A stretch of DNA of 64,000 nucleotides from Anthoceros angustus (lineage: Eukaryota; Plantae; Anthocerotophyta). A program made the position numbers and the translations under genes. Below are positions 38,751-52,273 of the stretch, one piece after another. The notes beneath the pieces were generated by a model that was not told the origin of the DNA, searched no databases, and saw nothing but the letters and a program-made list of their open reading frames with translations. The stretch covers positions 1,313,962 through 1,377,961 of the forward strand of contig MU008172.1 of assembly GCA_010909165.1 (NCBI GenBank), read 5' to 3'. Positions within the stretch are counted from its first letter, which is position 1, and every line of letters starts with the position of its first letter.

Positions 38751-39499
38751 GGATGACCATGACTCGAGCCAATTGTGACATCACCTCCTTGCCGGTCGGT
38801 TGCTCAAAGCTAAGCCCCTTGACCAATTGTAGCCGCCGGCCGTAAGCCGACTCCTCGGGTGGTACAGCGCTCGGGGGCCCGTCCGAGCAACCAGGGCTGC
38901 TGGCGTGGCGGCATATTGATCGCCAACATCCGGATCCGCTAAGGTGAACAAAGGAGCCGTGCAATCTTACACTCGAAGTTGACCATGCACGGCGGGAACA
39001 GATGGTTCCTACCAACCTATGATGATTGTGGTGGCTCCAAAGCCTCCATCAAATGATCCGCACCACGTGAATGGAAGTTCACGGTGACAATGGCACAAAG
39101 GACTTGGGCATATGACTACGGGTGATTGGTGCGAGCAGCAAGTGTTACATAAGCACACTGCTGATCATCATGCCCCAGCCATGTTGCGAGGCATCCTCTT
39201 CCTCCACATCCACCTTATGAACGTACATGCAGTAGGGATCTCCATAATCCTCACCTTGACACCAGCAGGGTGAAGACACGCACCGCAGCCACACCGGTAG
39301 GTTTAGTCGTCAGCGAGGCGGTCAACATATGGCGAGTAGTGGTGTGGGCGACTGAGACTCAAAGCCGTCATCTTCTCGAGATACAGCACCACCTTGTGTT
39401 TGCCCTTATCCGCTTGACTTGCTCTTAGTGAGACACCCCCCATGCTTGGGCTGCAGGTCAAGGCTCCGATGGCTCTGCGGTGTGGGAGTTTCTCCTTCA

Positions 39500-40650
39500 C
39501 TCCCCGATACGCCCGTTGGGAACTTACGAAAACATCTGTAACAACATGACCCGTCTTGTGGCAATGTGTACAATATAATGCTTCCACGCACATTTGCAAG
39601 CGGTGACAAATGATCGAGCGCCCAAGTGATTACACATAGTAATCGTGTTGGTAGGCGGATAGACCACCTTAGCCATCTTAACTTTGTCGGGCTTAAGCAC
39701 ACCCAGTGATAAATGCACCGGAAGATACACCCTTCCCGGCAAACATGGTGCGATAATGAGCATACGACTTAGTGTGCTTATAAGCATAAGCGACGCCAAC
39801 TCCTTATTACGCCTCCTGGAAGACGATCTAGAGTGTATTGATCTCCATATTTGTCCTAGCGAGGTAAGTGAAAATGAAACAATGGTTAGTCTCGAAGCGA
39901 CCCGAAACTTTTGTCTTTGCCTCTTGATCGATCAACATACCGATTCCATCCACAGCTTTTCAGCGGCGAAATGCCATTTACCTTTGTCTCTCCTTCTTTC
40001 GTTGGAAAGCGACAAGTTCACTATCTTCTCGGGGTTTTAAATGGAAAAGCCTTCTCCAATATAGTGAAAAACTCCTCTGATTGGCAAACTTGGGTACAAC
40101 AACGTGCTCATCAATCCGGCGATTAGCCCTCTCTTGAGTCATGCGACCAGCAGGCCCTTACCGGCGTGGCCTTCCTGCGCAACTTTGAGCTTGATGATGA
40201 GCCATTCATTCTTTGCATGCAAATTATTGTATGCAGTACCGCGCTGTGATAAGCGGATTGGGAGAAAGCCGATTGCCGACAAATCGGGTGTGTGCTTCAT
40301 ACAAATCCAACGCCTCGTCACTCATATATCCGGAAGTTGTTCAAACATATCTTGATGAGAATATGCGGACCATGCTTAAACTTCACCACCGGTAAGGAAA
40401 TTGAAAAACATTAAGAAATCTCTCAGCGTTTGAGTCCGAATGCTGAAAATTTATCGCCCTAAGCGGCCGATCAAGCTCGCCATCTCTTACGAACCACTCG
40501 AATCTTGCCTCTTCAGAATCGTCCTCGTGATCACCAGCGTTTACAATACCCGACAAGGGTGACCAGCTAGCCAATTGTTGACCAGCATCACGCGTAGCGC
40601 GCCTCCCTCCTTTGTCAAATCGCTCCTGGTTCAAGTTACGTAAACTCCAC
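39500..40650 (-). pseudogene. Gag with CCHC zinc knuckle(s)
   Basis: CTHCHKTGH at 39546-39572 and a second degenerate knuckle at ~39600-39645. Position is 5' of PR. Confidence 0.7.
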
Positions 40651-40926
40651 CGTCTCGGGTAACCCCTCTTCGACAGTAACCTGCGGATGACGAGGAACCA
40701 CTCGCGATCTCAAGCAATAGCGTGGCTCTTCATCCTCCTCGTGACATGCATTACCAGCGGACATGTCAGAACCACGCGAGCATGAGTAGAAAACCTCCTA
40801 CCTCGCTAACCAATGTCGATGGCGGTGATGCTTCTCTCACGACCAGCGAGCAAATTGTCATACCTCCCCTCCTTCCACCCAAAGCCAAAATGCAAAGACT
40901 CACTTCCCGGTGAGCGATTGTGAGAG

Positions 40927-41422
40927 TAGAGGTTCGAGCTAAATGCATCGACATCCGCTCAGGTTAAGTGGAGAGTTCCCTAGTCCACAAAAAGCAGCAT
41001 CATCAATGTGCGGTGTGGACTCATGCTCACTCGATCATGCAACCTATTGTTCCAACCGGATGAATTGCATAGAAAAGAATGACAATCGTGAGCCATTGCT
41101 TTCGGCGATGCTCAGCGACGCTTTCCACTGAGACTCTCTGGCGACTCGGCTACCAACACGGGACCTCTTAAGCTCGTCCCGTCTCATCCGTCTCCATCTC
41201 GTGCAAGATTCTCTCCGCTCCATATCACTCCTCGGTAACTTTGTTCGCATCATCATTCATGCGCGGATTCTCAACCAAAAGCCTAAATCTACTGGCGCCC
41301 TATTCACATAGGCACCGGCACACCATTGACCTAATCGTGCTTTCTGTTACCACGCATTTATACCCACATGCACGAATTAACCTAGAACTGCTTATGCTAG
41401 CCCTACATATCGCAGCATGACA
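40927..41422 (-). repeat. 5' LTR-like repeat of the DNMT-bearing Gypsy
   Basis: Match to 33524-34005. No clear PBS was identified. Confidence 0.75.
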
Positions 41423-42507
41423 CCCTTAAAAAAAGCCTAAAACAAAAGGAATGCACATTTTCGCCCAAAAGACGACGGGATTTTAGCCATAACTCCTTTT
41501 TGCCGGAGAAACCCCTTTCTACCCAAATGTTATTCTATAACCATATACTTTGTATAAATATTATGTACTTTTTATTATGATAATGAATGCCTAAGATCTT
41601 TGAGCTTGTCCTTGATTCTCGTCATGACTTTCTGTGCATGTTAATCAAACTGCTGGCTACATACACATCGCCTCTTCTTGTCCTATGGTCTTATGTTTGT
41701 AGCTACCTACTAAGACGTAAAGCGCTCTAGAGGAGCAAGGCGGCCATACACATGCCTGCGGCAAGCTCACAAATAACGAGAAGGCAATAGATTTGGGTAG
41801 AGCCATGCTCTCTTCTTGCACAGCACTATGGAGGAAGGTCTGAATACCATGCCGGAGATATCCTGCTTCGTGGCAGCCTATATAGAGGACTTTGCTGTGC
41901 TCACTTTCGACGAGCGTCGGACAGGGTGTGGCAACGGTAGCATGAGGCAATTTGGCTATTATCTTGTGAGAGCTAGTACCTCGTCAAGTTCTCTTGCTCG
42001 GCCCAGTAGATCTACCACACATGTGGCAGTAGTTCACCATGGAAATGATGGAGTGTTGTCTGCTCGTACCCTCGATGAATTCTTGTAACTTAAAAATCTA
42101 ACTTACAATTTTCTACATTCATATTTCTCTGGGAAGTTCATTTTGAAAATAAGTAATAAAGTTATGGCTAAGCTAACTTTCCAAACGAGTTGAAACTAAG
42201 CATATTTGACATATTCCAACCTTCAGTCTCATGTTTGCATATTCTCCCATCATTGCGTGTGCCAACTACTAGGGACTACAACATTATGAAATAGGAATCT
42301 ACTCAATAATTTTTTTTGTCATCAGGTTCAGCTCCTGACACTTGTGGCATAAACCCAACTTCCGTCTACAATGCATTGATAGGTTGAAGTTGGTATCGGT
42401 GGCTTACTCCTGATAAATTGAAGCAATCTCTTGAACAACTCTACATTGCAAGGAATATGCAAGTTGCCTTTTTGAAGAGGCAACTTGCATATTCCTCAGG
42501 TCAGTCC

Positions 42508-42732
42508 TCAGCCAAACTCAGCCTCCATATAGTCTAATAAGGGCCTGAACAAGGCATGGTTGAGCTTGTCCATTGAAAGAGGAAACCTAATCCTTTCATC
42601 CCCCACCTCCACAACTATGTACCCTTTCATAGGCTTCTGGCTTTCTTTTCCATTGCTATCCTCATCACATGCATTACTTCTAAAACCCAGCAACGGCTTA
42701 AGAAAGTTCATGGAGTTTTGTTTTGATTTCAT
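42508..42732 (-). pseudogene. SAUR: SAUR (small auxin-up RNA)-like ORF, truncated
   Basis: PMKGYIVVEVGDERIRFPLSMDKLNHALFRPLLDYMEAEFG matches the SAUR core (KGY..V.VG....RF.....LNHP.F..LL...E.EFG). It stops before the usual L.IPC motif. Confidence 0.75.
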
Positions 42733-43439
42733 TTTGAACTATCAAAATGGTTGCTGCAAGAACAAGTGCTAAATTTTTGCAAGAACTGTATACTCACTTT
42801 ATATGATATATCGTCTTTCCTACTCTGATATACATATATGTAGCATACTATCTCAAGTGAGGAATCACTCTTTATGGTAGTCTTTCATACTATGACATGC
42901 ATGTATAGCATACTATCCTAGAAGTGTAACTACTTTTTATGATAGTCTTTTCCACTAGGACATACATACATAGCATACAATTATCTCCTTGGATCTTGAC
43001 CTCACGTGATCTACCAAAATGGAAGGAAAAGAAAATAAATCCATTAATTAATCAACAAATGAATTGATCAATTAACACTTCCTTGGGTTTTGAACCGATT
43101 GGGATCACTCTTTTGCACTATGTATTACATTCATCCAAATTATTCTACTACTCTAAACTACAAAGATATCAAAGCGGTGCTCATGCAAGATATCATTGTG
43201 TTCTCTATTGCTCACTCATATGTGCAAGATACAACCTCAACATGGACCATTTCATCCAATTTCAATACTACTCCATGGGAGAGTAGTTTGTAATGGTTTG
43301 TTTGAAATGGCTAAATTGAGACTGGTGAGCCTTTTTAATTAGATAAGCAGCGCCCTTTTTTCATACGGACTTGGTAAAAAGCATGTGGTGACCTCACCAA
43401 ATGAGTGATGTGTCTAGCGTCATAAAGCTACTAGGGTCT

Positions 43440-43902
43440 ACTGATCCCAGCATTCTCTGTGGAAGCACTATTTAAACTTGAGCAAGGATTTTGTCAGCAC
43501 ATCCGCTGTGATGTTGTCTGCTGGTGCATATTGTACCTTCACGATCTCCGCTGCATCACGAATATAGTGATTTTGAATCTTTATGTGCTTCGTGTGTGCA
43601 TGGCATATGGGGTTAGCAACTGAAGCAATTGTTGACATATTATCACAATTAAGAGTCGTTGACCCTTCTTGCGGCATATCCAGATCCTCATATCATAGCT
43701 TCCTTCCCGCTCAGCCTCCTTAGTGGCTCCTGTGAACGCCTTGTACTCCGATTATGTTGATGAAAGTAATATGGTTGCTTGTTTTCTACAAGACCAGTTA
43801 AGGAAGGAGTATGATGAGATACTTTTCCGGGTGTCTGCATTTGAAGCCCAATTTGCATCCACATAACATGTAAGCAGAAGGCACTTTTTTCTGCTTGGTT
43901 TA
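43440..43902 (-). mobile_element. Older Copia element, RNase H segment (left part)
   Basis: CYVDANWA, CDNMS..S.ANP..HAHTKHIKIQNHYIRD, ADVLTKSL. Confidence 0.9.
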
Positions 43903-46900
43903 TGTAAATTATCGGAGCACGATCATTTGACTAAGGCCAGAAGGCTTAGAGACTACACAAAGTTTTGTGTGTGTGCAAAAACGATGAATAATCAAAGGAA
44001 TAATAAAAGGTCTCATATGTGTTCATTATATACCACGTAACCCTAAATATCAAACGGTATGTATATATCAAACTCAGCTAGGTTAAGCGAATAACAGATT
44101 AACCCTTAACACTCCCTCTTAAGCTTATGAGCTTAACGAGAGAAACATAACTCCAGGCATAAACCCGTTTACAAAACCCAAAACCCCGTACGCGATCCCA
44201 TGCGAACCATGAGATAAGGGACTTCCCACGAGAAGCAGGCGGCTAGGTATCACAAGGAACAAGCTCCTGGCGGCGCACGCTTGGGCGTAAACCGGTGGTT
44301 GGGGCGATCCATCTTGAATCCTGCAATCAAGTCCGTGGCTACAAGAATGGAGCTCCACCTGTGCTCACCGCCAAATCTCAACTCGCGCTCTTCATCTTTA
44401 CCGTCATGGATTTTCATTCTTGACCATGAAGACAAGGCGGCGGTGAGCCTCGAGTTCCTCAGCAGGAGGCGGAAGAGAAGTGGAGGCCTGGTAACCATCC
44501 CAGCATTCCCACGGTCCACAGCGACGAAACGCAGGCGTCCTCTTCATCGGATGTCGTGCCTCACGAGGGAGGAACAACAAAGGATGGGAGTGGGACGGCC
44601 CGGACATGAGGTCGGTAAGCATGTGCGCTTGGGAACTATCATGGGCAGAATGTGTCCTTGGTGATAGGCAAAGTGAGGCAGGGATACCCACATCTCGAGC
44701 CTCCAACTCGTGAACAAGCGAGGAAAAAGGCGAGGTCTTGTCGAGAGCTAGAGGACACTATCAGTGCTAAAAAGGTGGACTTTGACAAGGTTTGAAAAGC
44801 AGGCATCTGAGATGATTAGCTATATCCCTCACGCTTCATCCATCTGATCCTGTGTGTCCTTTGTTGTTCAAAATTTGTAGACTCTGAGGTATTGTCGTTG
44901 CTTGTGCGGCTTAAATCATCCAGGAGGCGGTGGAAGCTTGTTGGCAAATTAAATCACAGGTGTTGTGCGAAAACATATATATGTTGTTCACAACAAGTTC
45001 ACAACAACCCTAAATAGACTTGGATGCTCATATAAAACCAGATAAAGTACACCTTAGATTTGTTCATAAGGCATAATCAATGCCTAGGCCTTCCATATAT
45101 TCATAATGTTTATGTTTGGGAAGGCCCTTAGTAAGGATGTCGGCCGTGTTAAGTTACATTGATACATAGCTAACTTTCACGATTCCACGTTCGACCACGT
45201 CTCTAACATAGTGGTGCTGTATTTCTATGTGTTTCGTTCTTGCATGGAACTTAGGATTGGCAACAAGTTCCAAAGCTGACATATTGTCACACAGGAGAGG
45301 AGTCGGCATGTCTTGCTTCTGTCCTAAATCGGACAAGAAGGTGCGTTCCCACTCAGCCTCCTTGGATGCCTCTGTTAAACTTTTATACTCAGCCTCAGTT
45401 GAGGACAGAGCTACTGAAGTTTGTTTCTTACAGCTCCAATTAATAACAGCTGATGAGAGGAGAAAGCAATACGTGGAGAGGCTTCGACGTGACTCTGTAT
45501 CCGACGCCCAGTCAGCGTCTGTGAAGCCCTTCAAGGTAAGCTGCTCTCCACTGCTCCTGTATGCGAGCCCATAAGACTGCGTCCCCTTTAAATAGCGAAA
45601 GACACGTTTAGGCTCATCCAATGCACCGGCACAGGTTTTCAGTGTGACAAGGTCGTGAGAATATTGAATATCGGGTCGTGTCCAGTTAGCTATAAATATG
45701 AGGCGCCTGTGCATGCACTGTAGGGAACTGTCCATCTCAATCTAAATGCACCTTGTGGACACTGTAGGCTAGTCAGCTTAGTTCCTAGTGCATAGGGTGT
45801 GGTAGATGGTCTTGCCTGTTCAAGCTTAAATTTGTGCAGCAGTTCTTGTACGTATTGGTACTGGTGGATAATAATTAGCTTCTCAGGTCTTATCCTTAAC
45901 AAGCGAACTTTAACTCACCTATGTCCTTCATATCGAATACGCCCTTAGCATCTCTTTAACCTCTTGCCGGTGGTGACTACTATTAGTATACATCGTCAGC
46001 GTCTGATGATAGAATAACATATTCAGCTCCCTTGGTCAACTTGTATCTGATTACCATCAGTGAGCTTTGAACAAAAGAGTTGTTGATCGGATGTTCGTGG
46101 ATGGTGAAATACCAAACTACGCCACTTTGTTTGGACCATAGATGGTCTTTAATAGCTTCGAACACCTTAGGATGTTTAGGATCCACATAGCCTTGATGGA
46201 CCATGTATAAGTCTTCGTCAGGCACCATATAAAAAGGCATGCATCGTCCATTTGATGCGGTCTAAATCAAATTTGCGCCGATTAATATCATCCTTATTGG
46301 TGAGCTTTCTGGCAGGTGAAAAGGTTTCCTGGTAGTCTAGTCCCTCAACCTGTGTGAATCCTCGTGCAACCAGCCTAGCCTTATATCTGGCGATTTCTCC
46401 CTTAGCATTCAGCTTAAGCTTAAATACCCATTTGCAGGAGATAGGTTTTCTGCCAGGCGGGAGGTCCGCTAGCTTCCATGTCTTATTCTTGACTAGGGAA
46501 TTGTACTCATCATCAACTGCATGCTTCCATTTATCCTTTTCGGATCCACGAGTAAGCCTCATCAAAGACTTAGGCTCCGGTGTAGAGTGCTTGAAGCGAG
46601 TGCATGTCTTGCATATCTTTATAGTCAATTGATTCATAACGTAGCTCTTTCCTGATCGGAGGCGGTTTAGTTGACCGTCTCGCGGAGGATCGAGGTTCTT
46701 CATATTGAGCGGCTAGTAGAGGTTCATTTTCTTGGTGGGTCCTCCTCAGCGGTGCATAGCCCTCATCTCCCTCTGCTGGCTGCATGATAGTTAGGTTGAT
46801 GATCATCTTCTTGTGGAATAGGAGGTGGATCTGGATTAACGGCGTTTGCGGTGATCTTTGTCTGGTGGGGTATAGGTGAGCAGGGAGGTGTACCCCAGTG

Positions 46901-49900
46901 GGCCAGTGGTTCATCTCCCTCGTCAATTGAATCATCAGAAGGGAAGTCTACAGTGTCATCATCTGTGGTAGGTAAAACAGCTCCCTCTGTGGTGGTTTGA
47001 CCTAAGATGAGAAGTTTGTCAATTTCCAGAAAGGTAACTGATCGAGCTAACACCACTCGTTGTTCGTCGGGGTGATACAATTTGTAAGCCTTAGACTGTT
47101 CACTGTACCCAATGAAGATGAGTGCTTGGGCTCTTGGATCCAGCTTCTTTCTCTTCTCCTCTGGGATGAGAGCAAAAGCACGGGAACCAAAGACGCATGA
47201 TGCTTCAAAGGTTTCGCTTCCAATAAGCCTCATATGGAGTCGCAAGGGGCCAGGCTGGTGAAGAGTCGGTTCGAATATAGGTTAAACGATTGCCTCATTA
47301 ATATTCTTGAGATAAGTTAGCCCACAATAACATGCTCTGGTCATGGCTAATAAGGTCTGATTTTTCCTTTCGGCCACGCCATTTTGTTGTGGGGTATATG
47401 GAATTATGTCGTATCGTTGTATCCCCCTCTCTTGTAGGAAGCTATCAAATGTTGTGTTAACAAATTACATTCCATTATCGATCCAGAAGATATTTAACGG
47501 GTACACATACATTTTCCATGATCGTGACCAATCATGGAAGAGTTCAAAGGTATCACTCTTGGTGCATCGGGAAAGTCCAAGTGTCACAGGAATAATCATC
47601 GATGATGCATAGGTAATAGATAGAACCGCCAAAGGGCCAGGACATGTATTTTGCAGAAATGCATGCACTAACTCGGGGGCAGCGGATGCTGTGAGGCGTG
47701 AAAAGGGTGAGCTTTTGCTTGGCAGCAATGCAAGCTTCACAAGAAGGTAAATCTTTGAAAACACAGGCAAGGGTTCGGTGACATTTCAGCAATGACATGT
47801 CTATAGCTTATTTACATGACCAAGTCGTGCATGCCACAGGACAGCAAGGCTTTGGGACTTCTTAGAGACAAGACTGGCCTGGTGTCTAAGGGTACAAATA
47901 TTCAGTCTGTAGAGATCATTATTTAATGTACCTTTGAATGCCAGCATGGAAGGTTCTGACCTCTTATAGAAGAGACAAGTATCCTCACTGGCTTTCATAT
48001 CATATACTCGAAGTTGCATCAGTTTGCTGAGAGAGACCAGATTCTTAGCCATTGACGGCACAAACAGGGGTTCATCCAAGGTAAGAATTGATCCATCGTG
48101 TAGAGTAAACTTGCATGTTCCATGAGATGGAAGCTGGATTGATTTCGTTCATCTCCCAATAGCACTCTTTCAGCTATTTTGTGTGTCTGTAGCAAGTAAA
48201 ATTGCTCTTTACTTCTGCAGATGTGTGAAGTAGCGCCAGAATCCAAGTACCATCCATCTTCATCACATATGGGGCGGGCAAAGCAGACTGTTAGTATCTT
48301 CACCACTGGTTTGGCGTCACCTGATGTCTTCTCCTTAATAGCAACAGTTGCAGAACCTTTAGGAGTGCGCTTAGGTTCCACGCTTTTCTTCTTACATTCC
48401 CCAGCGGTGTCGGCTATACCACGATTCCAGTTTCACGGGCGCTTTGATGAGCCAGTGAGAATCAAGTTTGGCGAGTTTACCTCCGGCTTTGCCTTTTCCT
48501 TTGAAGGTTCTCGACGCCATTAATGCCTTCTCCGTTTTACTCTTAGGAGTTCTGAAGAAAGCGCTGCTTTCTTCTTCCGATATAAAGCACCTATCACCTC
48601 TTCCAAGGTGATGTTTCCGATGCCTCAGAAACTACGGCATTGGCACTGAGAGGGCCATTCGACTTGTGATAAAGGCGATAAGATGGAGGGAGCCTTGCGA
48701 GTTCAGCTACAACATGACCTCTTCCATCTTGGTTCCGATAGAGAAGCCATTTGTGCTCTAAGGTGGAATTTACTTGTGAATGCACCTTATCTCCTCTTCA
48801 TCTTTAAGGCATAGAATTCATGTTTTACACCAACAAGAGTCATCACGTTGGTAACTTTGTATGTTTCTCCATGTGTCTAGATATCGGAGGCTTTATCGAG
48901 GAACTCCACCTCGGGTATGAGATCGCATGAAGTCCCCTATCAGAGAGCTATGGCAATCTCGTCTGGTCCCAATCAACAATCGATCGTGAAGGTCTTTGGA
49001 TTTGCAATTGATTTGGTTTGGGAGTAGTTCCATCTACTATTTTCCACACGTCGGGCCAATAAAGTTGACTTCATTCGGATCGCCATACAGTATTGTGTGC
49101 CGTGAATCGATCTTTCTCTTCGGCTGCGTGTATGAGGGTTTATGACTACGGTGATTCTCGTTACAGATCGGGGAGTGTCACTAGCTGTCAAGGCTAAGTG
49201 CTTGGAATAGGCTACTTAGGCGTCTATAGACAAGGATGGATCTGCGGACATATAAGACTAACAAGATAACTAGAGCTATGGCTTTAGTAACACAGCCCTG
49301 ATCCTACACTTTCTTAATTATGTGCATAAATAAGTGTCGGCGTAATGCGTGTATGGTGACCGTAGATGCAGACGAGAATACACATTTGTAGCTATGTGAG
49401 TTTGTCTATGCTCACTAGTGATTCCTCTTCCAATACTCAAACACGTTAGCAAATAAAAAGTGATCAAGGGGTCATGAGAGAACAGAAACAAAAAGCAGTT
49501 AACGCGTTTGATTCTTTGTACTTTTACCAAAAGCGGCGTTGGTTGGTGTTTCAAAATGAGCAGACGCGAAGGCGCCTCTTCATTGCTCGCAGGAAAATAA
49601 CCAGATCACAGCAGGCGTGGATCCTTGCTTCAGCAGTCGCGAGGGGCCTGTCGGGTGTACACCTGGCAGTACTCGATGCGGCGCTTCAGGTGAGATCGCG
49701 ACGCTTGCAGTCTGGTGTTTCCCACGGCGCAGCGGATTCAGAGAATTGAGCGCCGACAACCTCCTCGATTGGGAGATCTGGGTGACGCATACTTGATTTG
49801 ATGTTCTCTAATCTTGGCTGTCATCTCAGCTATGCTCCGAAGGTGATTCATGATCGTTATATTTCGTAGATGAATTGCTCTTAGAAAACTCTGATATTGC

Positions 49901-50484
49901 TCTTCAAATAGAAGCCCAAGAGCAAGATGTCTATCAAAGTCAAACTTGTCAACGTATTTGGTGGTGAAAAGCGTCGGATCTGGAGTGCATGAGACGATCG
50001 AGTTACTGCCCTCTCCTTCCACAACGTTCTCTGTACAACCTATCTACCTCCATTTTTATTGGTCAGGATGTAGGCTTGTCTTTGCAGCGCTTTAGCGAGA
50101 GGGTTGGGTAATCTTGCTCGTAGAGATCCGGTGTATCTATTGGTACTCACTGCTCGAGATGAGGCACCTCGATGTATTTTGTATCTAGGAGGTCCCCTGG
50201 CAAATCCTCTCTGCGAGCCACCCGCCTCGGCATTTTCTAGCGATGTCGAAAGTCTGAGGCATTTGTGCTCGATACCATGTAAATTATCCAGACACGATCA
50301 TTTGACTAAGGCGGAAGGCTTAGACTACACAAAGTTTTGTGTGTGTGCAAAAAGCGATGAATAATCAAAGGAATAATAAAAGGTCTCATATGTGTTCATT
50401 ATATACCACGTAACCCTAAATATCAAACGGTATGTATATATCAAACTCAGCTAGGTTAAGCGAATAACAGATTAACCCTTAACA
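43903..50484 (-). mobile_element. Full-length Ty1/Copia element with short LTRs
   Basis: LTRs at 43903-44111 and 50278-50484 (TG..CA, near-identical). GTTTA TSD at 43898-43902 and 50485-50489. tRNA-iMet-type PBS TGGTATCGAGC at 50267-50277. PPT AAGAGGGAG at 44112-44120. Confidence 0.97.
45154..49100 (-). pseudogene. Copia gag-pol (frameshifted)
   Basis: PR WYLDSGATSH; LWHARLGH; INT (IIDDYS, QQNGVAER); RT (WVFKLK..YKARLVARGFTQ); RH (TDADWA, SSTEAEY, HARTKHIE). Confidence 0.95.
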
Positions 50485-50489
50485 GTTTA

Positions 50490-52000
50490 TATTAGAGGCG
50501 AAAGATTTGTGTACCCTTAAGGTAGTGCATAATATGTTTGAGAGCAATCAAGAATCCTTTCCTAGATTCTCTGAGAATTGAGGAGCTGCATTCACGGTGT
50601 TTGAGATGTCTAGTCTTGTTTGATTACTTAAGAACGTGAGAATACCAACTCCCATGCATAGGGTATAGTCTCCATCTCCTTCTTGTCCTCTTCAGATTGT
50701 GGATAGGAGGCAGATGAGAGCTGAACGCCAACGGCACCTGGTATGGCTACCGCCCAAGCGTTCTTCTAGTTGAAGCCCTTTATTTAACATACTAGCTACA
50801 TATTTGCCTTGGTGAAGATAAATAGGTCCAGTACTTCCTCTATGTATATGCATTCCAAGAATATATTTAACTTTGCCGAGATCCTTCATCTCGAATTCTT
50901 TGCTAAGATAAGCTTTTATCTTGTTGACTAATTCAATTTTCTTATTTGGAATAACTAAGTTATCGACATAAAGTGCAACTAGCACAAGTCAACTGTCTAG
51001 ATGAAGTACATAGATATTGGTGTTTGTTTCACTCTGGACAAAACCTATCTTCTTGAGATAAGAGTCCATTCTCTCGTACCACAAACGTGGGCTTTGCTTA
51101 AGTCCATAGATAGAACAAATAAGTTTACACACTTTGTGATGGAACGTTTTATCTTCATAGTCTTCGGGTTGATCCATGTAGATCTCTTCTTTATGATGAC
51201 CATAAAAAAAGGCCATGCCAACGTCAAGCTCATAGATCTCCAAATTAACCTCAATACATAAAGGTAGAAGCATCCTTGCACGAATACATTTCTAAATTAA
51301 GCTCAACACATAAAAAGGTAGAAGCGTCCTTACTAGGTAGCTTTAATGAGATGTGAGTAAATTCTATTAACTTAGTAATCCACTCTCTCTAGGTGACTAT
51401 AACTCTTGACTTTGTGTCACCGACTATAATCCTTGGGGACTAATCCTAAGATCACCTTGGAAACCCACTCATTCTTTGTGGTTATAACCCTTGACTACTA
51501 ATCTAACCTTCTAGTGAAATTCTAGGCTCAACTTCATGGAACCCTTTTGGAAGGACCAATTTGCATTTCCCGATCATCCTACCCTTGAGAGATTGACTAC
51601 ATCCAGGTGGTCTAATAGAAAAGTGAGATCATACAAAAAGTGAGATAATACAAATAGTGTATACGTGATGCCACACCCCAACCGGAAGTCGAGCGCCATG
51701 CATATTGATATGCATTTGCTCCACCACTTGGTGGAAAACCAACCTAATATTATCATATGTGGATTATCATACATGGCATCGGAAGTGGATAATTAAGTCA
51801 TCAAACATTGTTCCAAGAATATTCCCTGTTAGTGAAAAAACTGTTGCACATGAATCAAGCAGCTGAACTGCCATTTGGTGAAAGTTACGAAGATTTAAGA
51901 CCTCATGAGCCACACTAGAAGTGAAAAGCAAGGTGCTCATGAGGAAAGATAAAACCCATGTCACAGAACGTTGAGATCAAACTGAAGCACGCTCACACCT
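50490..52000 (-). mobile_element. Older Copia element, RT segment (right part)
   Basis: LDV..AF.YG..KEEIYMDQP, IYGLKQSPRLWY, LYVDN, MKDLG. The frame joins 43902 once the nested element is removed. Confidence 0.9.
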
Positions 52001-52273
52001 TGGTTACTGAAAGACAACCTAGTAGGCAAACGCTCTGCTTCACCACCAACTTGTACAAATGTCTGAGCCTCCTGAATTCTCAAATCCCTTCCTATATTTT
52101 CTAATGCCAGACACGTCCTAGTTTCTCCCCAAGAAATATCCTTCACAGCACACACTCAGCACACAAGACATCCACAATCAACAGATTCAACCATATATAT
52201 TCAGAAACAACAAACGGACCCCCTTGAAATGCACAGGCTACATCACAGAAAAGAAATAGCAACCACCAGAATC

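Larger units (their letters stand above)
33396..41422 (-). mobile_element. Ty3/Gypsy LTR retrotransposon, gag-PR-DNMT-RT-RH-INT-PHD, frameshifted
   Basis: LTR-like direct repeats at 33524-34005 and 40927-41422, both starting TGTCA on the minus strand. Domain motifs occur in Gypsy order. Confidence 0.9.

Noticed and set aside
41657-42088. ORFs of 97 and 90 aa next to the Gypsy LTR
   Set aside because: No recognisable domain, splice structure or homologous copy in the window.
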